Positions 53,335-64,000 of a stretch of DNA of 64,000 nucleotides are shown piece after piece; within the stretch, counting starts at the first letter, position 1, and each line of letters starts with the position of its first letter. The position numbers and the translations under genes are program-made. The DNA is from the human T2T-CHM13v2.0 reference genome, Homo sapiens: assembly GCF_009914755.1 (NCBI RefSeq), contig NC_060933.1; one strand, given 5' to 3'. The notes under the pieces were generated by a model, which made no database searches, was not told the DNA's origin, and saw nothing but the letters and a program-made list of their open reading frames with translations.

Positions 53335-56300
53335 CACTCGGGTTGATTCCATTCCATTCCATTCCATTCCATTCCATTCCATTCCATTCCGGAAGATTCC
53401 ATTCCATTGCATTCCATTCCATTCCATTTCCCTGCACTCGCGTTGATTCCATTCCATTCCATTCCATTCCATTCCATTCCACTCCATTCCATTGCACTCG
53501 GGTTGATTCCATTCCATTCCATTCCATTCCATTCCATTCCGGATGATTCCATTCCATTGCATTCCGTTCCATTACATTCCCCTGCACTCGCGTTGATTCC
53601 ATTCAATTCCATTCCATTCCATTCAATTCCATTCCATTACAATTCGTTCCATTCCATTCTATTCCGTACCATTCCATTCCATACCATTCCATTTCATTCC
53701 ATTCCATTCCATTCCATTCCATTCCATTCCGTTCCACTCCGTTCCATTCCATTCCATTGCATTCTATTCGGGTTAATCCCATTCCATTCCATTCCATTCC
53801 ATTCTATTCCATTCCATTGCAATCGAGTTGAATCCATTGCATTTCATTCCATTCCATTCCATTCCATTCCGGAAGATTCCATTCCATTGCATTCCAATCC
53901 ATGCCATTCCCCTGCACTCGCGTTGATTCCATTCCATTCCATTCCATTCCATTCCATTCCATTCCATTCCATTCCATTCCTTTCTGTTCCGTTCCATTCC
54001 ATTCCATTCCATTCCATTCCATTCCATTCCATTCCATTCCGTTTCATTCCATTCCATTCCATTCTATTTGGGTTAATTCCATTCCATTCCATTCGATTGC
54101 AATCGTGTTGATTCCATTCCATTCCATTCCATTCCATTCCTTTCCATTCCATTACGGATGATTCCATTCCATTGCATTCCATTCCATTCCATTCCCCTGT
54201 ACTCGGGTTGATTCCATTCCATTGCATTCCAATCCATGCCCTTCCACTCGTGTTGATTCCATTCTTTCCATTCCATTCAAGTTGAATCCATTCCATTGTA
54301 TTCCTTTCCATTCGATTCCATTCGACTGCACTCGGGTTGATTCCATTCCACTGCATTCCATTCCATTCCATTCCATTCCATTCCATTCCATTCCATTCCG
54401 TTCCATTCCATTCCATTACATTCGGATTGATTCTATTCAATTCCCTTACACTCCATTACATTCCATTCCATTCGGGAAGTTTCCATTCCATTCCATTCCA
54501 TTCCTCTCCATTCCATTGCACTCGGGTTGATTCCATTCCATTGCATTCCATTCCATTCCATTGCATTCCATTCCGTTCCATTCCATTCCATTACATTCGG
54601 ATTGATTCTATTCAATTCCCTTACACTCCATTACATTCCATTCCATTCGGGTAGTTTCCATTCCATTCCATTCCATTCCTCTCCATTCCATTGCACTCGG
54701 GTTGATTCCATTCCATTGCATTCCATTCCATTCCATTCAATTCCATTCCGTTCCATTCCATTCCATTCCATTCGGATTGATTCTATTCAACTCCCTTACT
54801 CTCCATTACATTCCATTCCATTCGGGTTGTTCCATACCATTCCATTCCATTCCACTCCATTCCATTGCACTCGGGTTTATTCCATTCCATTCCATTCCAT
54901 TCCATTCCATTCCATTCCATTCCGGAAGATTCCATTCCATTGCATTCCATTCCATTCCATTCCATTCCAATCGAGTTGATTCCATTCCATTGCATTCCAT
55001 TCCATTCCACTCCATTCCAGTCCTTTCCATTCCATTACACTCGGGTTGATTCCATTCCATTCCACTCCATTCCGTTCCATTCCATTCCATTCCATTGTAT
55101 TCGGGTTAATTCCATTCCATTCCATTCCATTCCATTCCATTCCATTCCATTCCATTACAATCGAGTTGATTCCATTCCATTCCATACCATTCCATTCCAT
55201 TCCATTCCAGTCCTTTCCATTCCATTCCACTCGGGTTGATTCCATTCTATTAGTTTCCATTCCATTCCATTCCCTTCCATTCCACTCTGGTTGATTCCAT
55301 TCCTTTCCATTCCACTCGAATACATTCCCTCCTATTCCACTCGGAACGATTCCTTTCCATTCCATTCCATTCCATTCCAATCCATTCCATTCCATTCCAG
55401 TTCGTTCCATTCCGTTCTATTCGGTAACATTCCATTCCATTCCATTCGGTACCATTCCATTCCATTCCATTCCTTTCCATTCCATTCCTTTCCACTCGTG
55501 TTGATTCCATTCCTTTCCATTCCATTCGGTTTGAAGGCATTCCATTCCATTCAATTCCATTCCATTCCATTCCATTCCCTTCCATTCTATTCCATTGCAT
55601 TGCAATCGAGTTGAATCCATTGCCTTTCATTCCATTCCATTCCATTCCATTCCATTCCGGAAGATTCCATTCCATTACATTCCATTCCATTCCATTCCCC
55701 TGCACTCGCGTTGATTCCATTCCATTCCATTCCATTCCATTCTATTCGGGTTAATTCCATTCCATTCTATTCCATTCCATTCCATTCCAATCGAGTTGAT
55801 TCCATTCCATTCCATTCCACTCCATTCCAGTCCTTTCCATTCCATTCCACTCGGGTTGATTCCAATGTATTCCTTTCCATTCCATTCCATTCCATTGCAA
55901 TCGAGTTGATTCCATTGCTTTGCATTCCATTCCATTCCATTCCATTCCGGATGATTCCATTCCATTGCATTCCATTCCATTCCATTCCCCTGCACTCGGG
56001 TTGATTCCATTCCATTCCACTCCATTCCGTTCCATTCCATTCCATTCCATTGTATTCAGGTTAATTCCATTCCATTCCATTCCATTCCATTCCATTACAA
56101 TCGAGTTGATTCCATTCCATTCCATTCCATTCCATTCCATTCCAGTCCTTTCCATTCCATTCCACTCGGGTTGATTCCATTCTATTAGTTTCCATTCCAT
56201 TCCATTCCCTTCCATTCCACTCTGGTTGATTCCATTCCTTTCCATTCCATTTAATTCCATTCCATTCCATTCCATTCCATTCCAATCCGTTCCATTCCAT

Positions 56301-59300
56301 TCCATTCTATTCCACTGCAATCGACTTGATTCCATTCCATTCCATTCTATTCCATTCCATTCCATTCCATTCCATTCCATTCCATTCCATTCCATTGCAT
56401 TCCTTTCCATGCCATTCCACTCGGGTTGATTCCATTCCATTCCATTCCATTCCATTCCATTCCATTCCGTTCCATTCCATTTCATTACATTCATTTTGAT
56501 TCTATTCAATTCCCTTACACTCCATTATATTCCAATCCATTCTGGTTGTTTCCATTCCATTCCATTCCATTTCACTCCGTTCCATTGCACTCGGTTTGAT
56601 TCCATTCCATTCCATTCCATTCCGGATGATTCCATTCCATTGCATTCCATTCCATTCCATTCCCCTGCACTCAGGTTGATTCCATTCCATTCCATTCCAC
56701 TCCATTCGGTTCCGTTCCATTCCATTCTATTGCATTCCATTCTATTCGGGTTAATTCCATTCCATTCTATTCCATTCCATTCCATTCCATTCCATTGCAA
56801 TGGAGTTGATTCCATTCCATTCCATTCCATTCCGGATGATTCCATTCCATTGCATTCCATTCCATTCCATTCCCCTGCACTCGTGTTGATTCCATTACCT
56901 TCTATTCCATTCCATTCCGTTCCATTCCATTGCATTCCATTCTATTCCGGTTAATTCCATTCCATTCCATTCCATTCCATTCCATTCCATTCCATTCCAT
57001 TGCAATCGAGTTGATTCCATTCCATTCCTTTCCATTCCATTCCATTGCCTTGCATTCCAATCGGGTTGTTTCCATTCCCTTCTTTCCACTCCATTACATT
57101 CCCTTCCATTCCACTCGGAATGATTGATTATATTCCATTCCATTCCATTTCATTCCATTGCAATCCATTCCAATCCATTCCATTCCATTCCATTCCACTC
57201 GAGTTGATTTCATTCCATTCCTTTCCATTCCATTCCGTTCCTTTACATTCGAGTTGATTCCATTCCATTCCATTCCATTGCATTCCATTCCATGCCATTC
57301 CACTCGGGTTGATTCCATTCCTTTGCATTCCATTCCATTCCATTCCATTCCATTCCATTCCGTTGCATTCCATTCCATTACATTCCGATTGATTCTATTC
57401 AACTCCCTTACTCTCCATTACATTCCATTCCATTCGGGTTGTTCCATTCCATTCCATTCCATTCCACTCCATTCCATTGCACTCGGGTTGATTCCATTCC
57501 ATTCCATTCCATTCCATTCCATTCCATTCCGGATGATTCCATTCCATTGCATTCCGTTCCATTACATTCCCCTGCACTCGCGTTGATTCCATTCCATTCC
57601 ATTCCATTCCATTCAATTCCATTCCATTACAATTCGTTCCATTCCATTCTATTCCCTACCATTCCATTCCATTCCATACCATTCCATTCCATTCCATTCC
57701 ATTCCATTCCATTCCGTTCCATTCCGTTCCATTCCATTCCATTCCATTCTATTCGGGTTAATTCCATTCCATTCCATTCCATTCCATTCTATTCCATTCC
57801 ATTGCAATCGAGTTGAATCCATTGCATTTCATTCCATTCCATTCCATTCCATTCCGGAAGATTCCATTCCATTGCATTCCATTCCATTCCATTCCCCTGC
57901 ACTCGCGTTGATTCCATTCCGTTCCATTCCATTCCATTCCATTCCATTCCATTCCGTTCCTTTCCGTTCCGTTCCATTCCATTCCATTCCATTCCATTCC
58001 GTTCCGTTCCATTCCATTCCATTCCATTCTATTCGGGTTAATTCCATTCCATTCCATTCGATTGCAATCGTGTTGATTCCATTCCATTCCATTCCATTCC
58101 ATTCCATTCCATTCCTTTCCATTCCATTACGGATGATTCCATTCCATTGCATTCCATTCCATTCCATTCCCCTGTACTCGGGTTGATTCCATTCCATTGC
58201 ATTCCAATCCATGCCCTTCCACTCGTGTTGATTCCATTCTTTCAATTCCATTCAAGTTGAATCCATTCCATTGCATTCCATTCTATTCGATTCCATTCCA
58301 TTCCATTCCGTTTCATTCCATTCCATTACATTCGGATTGATTCTATTCAATTCCCTTACACTCCATTACATTCCATTCCATTCGGGTAGTTTCCATTCCA
58401 TTCCATTCCATTCCTCTCCATTCCATTGCACTCGGGTTGATTCCATTCCATTGCATTCCATTCCATTCCATTCAATTCCATTCCGTTCCATTCCATTCCA
58501 TTACATTCTAATTGATTCTATTCATCTCCCTTAGTCTCCATTACATTCCATTCCATTCGGGTTGTTCCATTCCATTCCATTCCATTCCACTCCATTCCAT
58601 TGCACTCGGGTTGATTCCATTCCATTCCATTCCATTCCATTCCATTCCATTCCGGAAGATTCCATTCCATTGCATTCCATTCCATTCCATTTCCCTGCAC
58701 TCGCGTTGATTCCATTCCATTCCATTCCATTCCATTCCATTCCATTCCACTCCATTCCATTGCACTCGGGTTGATTCCATTCCATTCCATTCCATTCCAT
58801 TCCATTCCGGATGATTCCATTCCATTGCATTCCGTTCCATTACATTCCCCTGCACTCGCGTTGATTCCATTCAATTCCATTCCATTCCATTCAATTCCAT
58901 TCCATTACAATTCGTTCCATTCCATTCTATTCCGTACCATTCCATTCCATACCATTCCATTTCATTCCATTCCATTCCATTCCATTCCATTCCATTCCGT
59001 TCCACTCCGTTCCATTCCATTCCATTGCATTCTATTCGGGTTAATCCCACTCCATTCCATTCCATTCCATTCTATTCCATTCCATTGCAATCGAGTTGAA
59101 TCCATTGCATTTCATTCCATTCCATTCCATTCCATTCCGGAAGATTCCATTCCATTGCATTCCAATCCATGCCATTCCCCTGCACTCGCGTTGATTCCAT
59201 TCCATTCCATTCCATTCCATTCCATTCCATTCCATTCCATTCCTTTCTGTTCCGTTCCATTCCATTCCATTCCATTCCATTCCATTCCATTCCATTCCAT

Positions 59301-62300
59301 TCCGTTTCATTCCATTCCATTCCATTCTATTTGGGTTAATTCCATTCCATTCCATTCGATTGCAATCGTGTTGATTCCATTCCATTCCATTCCTTTCCAT
59401 TCCATTACGGATGATTCCATTCCATTGCATTCCATTCCATTCCATTCCCCTGTACTCGGGTTGATTCCATTCCATTGCATTCCAATCCATGCCCTTCCAC
59501 TCGTGTTGATTCCATTCTTTCCATTCCATTCAAGTTGAATCCATTCCATTGTATTCCTTTCCATTCGATTCAATTCGACTGCACTCGGGTTGATTCCATT
59601 CCATTGCATTCCATTCCATTCCATTCCATTCCATTCCATTCCATTCCATTCCGTTCCATTCCATTCCATTACATTCGGATTGATTCTATTCAATTCCCTT
59701 ACACTCCATTACATTCCATTCCATTCGGGTAGTTTCCATTCCATTCCATTCCATTCCTCTCCATTCCATTGCACTCGGGTTGATTCCATTCCATTGCATT
59801 CCATTCCATTCCATTCAATTCCATTCCGTTCCATTCCATTCCATTACATTCGGATTGACTCTATTCAACTCCCTTACTCTCCATTACATTCCATTCCATT
59901 CGGGTTGTTCCATTCCATTCCATTCCATTCCACTCCATTCCATTGTACTCGGGTTTATTCCATTCCATTCCATTCCATTCCATTCCATTCCATTCCGGAA
60001 GATTCCATTCCATTGCATTCCATTCCATTCCATTCCCCTGCACTCGCGTTGATTCCATTCCATTCCATTCCATTCCATTCCATTCCATTCCATTCCTTTC
60101 CGTTCCATTCCATTCGATTCAATTCCATTCCATTCCATTCCGTTCCGTTCCGTTCCGTTCCATTCCATTCCATTCCATTCTATTCGGGTTAATTCGATTC
60201 CATTCCATTCGATTGCAATCGAGTTGATTCCATTCCATTCCATTCCATTCCATTCCATTCCTTTCCATTCCATTACGGATGATTCCTTTCCATTGCATTA
60301 CCTTCCATTCCATTCCCCTGTACTCGGGTTGATTCCATTCCATTCCATTCCATTCCATTCTATTCCATTCCATTCCGGAAGATTCCATTCCATTGCATTC
60401 CATTCCATTCCATTCCCCTGCACTCGCGTTGATTCCATTCCATTCCATTCCATTCCATTCCATTCCATTCCGTTCCGTTCCGTTCCGTTCCATTCCATTC
60501 CATTCCATTCCATTCCGTTCCGTTCCATTCCATTCCATTCCATTCTATTCGGGTTAATTCCATTCCATTCCATTCGATTGCAATCGTGTTGATTCCATTC
60601 CATTCCATTCCATTCCATTCCATTCCATTCCATTCCATTCCTTTCCATTCCATTAGGGATGATTCCATTCCATTGCATTCCATTCCATTTAATTCCCCTG
60701 TACTCGGGTTGTTTCCATTCCATTGCATTCCAATCCATGCCCTTCCACTCGTGTTGATTCCATTCTTTCCATTCCATTCAAGTTGAATCCATTCCATTGC
60801 ATTCCATTCAATTCGATTCCATTCGATTGCACTCGGGTTGATTCCATTCCATTGTATTCCATTCCATTGCATTCCATTCCATTCCATTCCATTCCATTCC
60901 GTTCCATTCCATTCCATTACATTCGGATTGATTCTATTCAATTCCCTTACACTCCATTACATTCCATTCCATTCGGGTAGTTTCCATTCCATTCCATTCC
61001 ATTCCTCTCCATTCCATTGCACTCGGGTTGATTCCATTCCATTGCATTCCATTCCATTCCATTCAATTCCATACCGTTCCATTCCATTCCATTCCATTCG
61101 GATTGATTCTATTCAACTCCCTTACTCTCCATTACATTCCATTCCATTCGGGTTGTTCCATACCATTCCATTCCATTCCACTCCATTCCATTGCACTCGG
61201 GTTTATTCCATTCCATTCCATTCCATTCCATTCCATTCCGGAAGATTCCATTCCATTGCATTGCATTCCATTCCATTCCATTCCAATCGAGTTGATTCCA
61301 TTCCATTGCATTCCATTCCATTCCACTCCATTCCAGTCCTTTCCATTCCATTACACTCGGGTTGATTCCATTCCATTCCACTCCATTCCGTTCCATTCCA
61401 TTCCATTCCATTGTATTCGGGTTAATTCCATTCCATTCCACTCCATTCAATTCCATTCCATTCCATTCCATTCCATTCCATTACAATCGAGTTGATTCCA
61501 TTCCATTCCATTCCATTCCATTCCATTCCATTCCATTCCTTTCCATTCCATTCCACTCGGGTTGATTCCATTCTATTAGTTTCCATTCCATTCCATTCCC
61601 TTCCATTCCACTCTGGTTGATTCCATTCCTTTCCATTCCACTCGAATACATTCCCTCCTATTCCACTCGGAACGATTCCATTCCATTCCATTCCATTCCA
61701 TTCCAATCCATTCCATTCCATTCCAGTTCGTTCCATTCCGTTCTATTCGGTACCATTCCATTCCATTCCATTCCTTTCCATTCCATTCCTTTCCACTCGT
61801 GTTGATTCCATTCCTTTCCATTCCATTCGGTTTGAAGGCATTCCATTCCATTCAATTCCATTCCATTCCATTCCATTCCCTTCCATTCTATTCCATTGCA
61901 TTGCAATCGAGTTGAATCCATTGCCTTTCATTCCATTCCATTCCATTCCATTCCATTCCGGAAGATTCCATTCCATTCCATTCCATTCCATTCCATTCCC
62001 CTGCACTCGCTTTGATTCCATTCCATTCCATTCCATTCCATTCCATTCCATTCCATTCTATTCGGGTTAATTCCATTCCATTCCATTCCATTCCATTCCA
62101 TTCCAATCGAGTTGATTCCATTCCATTCCATTCCACTCCATTCCAGTCCTTTCCATTCCATTCCACTCGGGTTGATTCCAATGTATTCCTTTCCATTCCA
62201 TTCCATTCCATTGCAATCGAGTTGATTCCATTGCTTTGCATTCCATTCCATTCCATTCCATTCCGGATGATTCCATTCCATTGCATTCCCTTCCATTCCA

Positions 62301-64000
62301 TTCCCCTGCACTCGGGTTGATTCCATTCCATTCCACTCCATTCCGTTCCATTCCATTCCATTCCATTGTATTCAGGTTAATTCCATTCCATTCCATTCCA
62401 TTCCATTCCATTACAATCGAGTTGATTCCATTCCATTCCATTCCATTCCATTCCATTCCAGTCCTTTTCATTCCATTCCACTCGGGTTGATTCCATTCTA
62501 TTAGTTTCCATTCCATTCCATTCCCTTCCATTCCACTCTGGTTGATTCCATTCCTTTCCATTCCATTTAATTCCATTCCATTCCATTCCATTCCATTCCA
62601 ATCCGTTCCATTCCATTCCATTCTATTCCACTGCAATCGACTTGATTCCATTCCATTCCATTCCATTGCATTCCATTCCATGCCATTCCACTCGGGTTGA
62701 TTCCATTCCATTCCATTCCATTCCATTCCATTCCATTCCATTCCGGAAGATTCCATTCCATTGCATTCCATTCCATTCCATTCCCCTGCACTCGCGTTGA
62801 TTCCATTCCATTCCATTCCATTCCATTCCATTCCATTCCATTCCATTCCTTTCCGTTCCATTCCATTCGATTCCATTCCATTCCATTCCATTCCGTTCCG
62901 TTCCGTTCCGTTCCATTCCATTCCATTCCATTCTATTCGGGTTAATTCGATTCCATTCCATTCGATTGCAATCGAGTTGATTCCATTCCATTCCATTCCA
63001 TTCCATTCCATTCCTTTCCATTCCATTACGGATGATTCCTTTCCATTGCATTACCTTCCATTCCATTCCCCTGTACTCGGGTTGATTCCATTCCATTCCA
63101 TTCCATTCCATTCTATTCCATTCCATTCCGGAAGATTCCATTCCATTGCATTCCATTCCATTCCATTCCCCTGCACTCGCGTTGATTCCATTCCATTCCA
63201 TTCCATTCCATTCCATTCCATTCCATTCCGTTCCGTTCCGTTCCGTTCCATTCCATTCCATTCCATTCCATTCCGTTCCCTTCCATTCCATTCCATTCCA
63301 TTCTATTCGGGTTAATTCCATTCCATTCCATTCGATTGCAATCGTGTTGATTCCATTCCATTCCATTCCATTCCATTCCATTCCATTCCATTCCATTCCT
63401 TTCCATTCCATTAGGGATGATTCCATTCCATTGCATTCCATTCCATTTAATTCCCCTGTACTCGGGTTGTTTCCATTCCATTGCATTCCAATCCATGCCC
63501 TTCCACTCGTGTTGATTCCATTCTTTCCATTCCATTCAAGTTGAATCCATTCCATTGCATTCCATTCAATTCGATTCCATTCGATTGCACTCGGGTTGAT
63601 TCCATTCCATTGTATTCCATTCCATTCCATTCCATTCCATTCCATTCCATTCCGTTCCATTCCATTCCATTACATTCGGATTGATTCTATTCAATTCCCT
63701 TACACTCCATTACATTCCATTCCATTCGGGTAGTTTCCATTCCATTCCATTCCATTCCTCTCCATTCCATTGCACTCGGGTTGATTCCATTCCATTGCAT
63801 TCCATTCCATTCCATTCAATTCCATACCGTTCCATTCCATTCCATTCCATTCGGATTGATTCTATTCAACTCCCTTACTCTCCATTACATTCCATTCCAT
63901 TCGGGTTGTTCCATACCATTCCATTCCATTCCACTCCATTCCATTGCACTCGGGTTTATTCCATTCCATTCCATTCCATTCCATTCCATTCCGGAAGATT
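53335..64000 (+). repeat. Right copy of the segmental duplication, with internal rearrangement and a 2.76-kb tandem at the right end
   Basis: Starts at a CACTCGGGTTG junction (~53335) followed by the CATTTCCCTG variant also seen at 991. Carries the same private variants in the same order as 901-10500. Internal 5.26-kb period (53387 to 58650). Confidence 0.85.
59990..64000 (+). repeat. ~2.76-kb tandem unit (1 full + ~0.45 copy, running off the window end)
   Basis: Private variants TTAGGGATG...CCATTTAATTCCCCTG at ~60653 and ~63411, and CCATACCGTT at ~61069 and ~63822. ORF starts 60723 and 63481 (offset 2758). Confidence 0.8.

Larger units (their letters stand above)
1..64000 (+). repeat. Satellite III (HSat3) array, (CATTC)n/(GGAAT)n, single orientation (C-rich strand = +)
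   Basis: CATTC pentamers dominate every line. Interspersed CTCGGGTTG / CTCGCGTTG / ATCGAGTTG / TTCGGGTTA words match the classical satellite 3 decamer family. No GGAAT-oriented tract occurs on + (no inversion) and there is no non-satellite insert. Confidence 0.98.

Noticed and set aside
46-63684. All ORFs in the supplied track (MEWNG.../IPFHS... proteins)
   Set aside because: They are direct translations of a stop-free pentamer. They overlap in all six frames, have no domain-like content and end wherever a variant word creates a stop.
1-64000. CRISPR-like repeat/spacer array (CTCGGGTTGATTCC recurring with variable intervals)
   Set aside because: The intervals are themselves CATTC repeats of variable length rather than unique spacers, and there is no leader or cas gene.
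1-64000. HSat2, DYZ1 (3.56-kb period) or D15Z1-type (1.8-kb period) identity
   Set aside because: It lacks the dominant CATTCGATTC/TTCGATGATG pattern of HSat2, and landmark spacings show no regular 3.56-kb or 1.8-kb period. The subfamily and chromosome need a k-mer search against T2T annotations.

Overview
The whole 64-kb window is one uninterrupted array of classical human/great-ape Satellite III (HSat3). It consists of the pentamer (CATTC)n on the + strand, or (GGAAT)n on the - strand, interspersed with the diagnostic (A)CTCGGGTTG decamer and a small set of diverged words. I see no genes, RNA genes, transposon insertions, inversions or unique sequence. All listed ORFs are poly-MEWNG / poly-IPFHS read-throughs of the pentamer. 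Three things beneath the simple repeat stand out. (1) One recurrent word, aTTCcgGAAgaTTCc, is a perfect three-unit heat-shock element (TTCnnGAAnnTTC). I count about 44 intact copies by eye, roughly 3-fold denser in the recently duplicated end blocks and largely absent from 25-37 kb. (2) There is a nested duplication history: a ~9.6-kb block repeated ~52.4 kb away with a sharp junction near 53340, ~5.2-kb and ~2.76-kb tandem units, and many 50 bp-3.2 kb local duplications, but no single regular higher-order repeat. (3) Fixed-length cassettes are joined by elastic 5n-bp linkers. All counts and boundaries were made by eye and are approximate. Chromosome and HSat3 subfamily cannot be assigned without a search.
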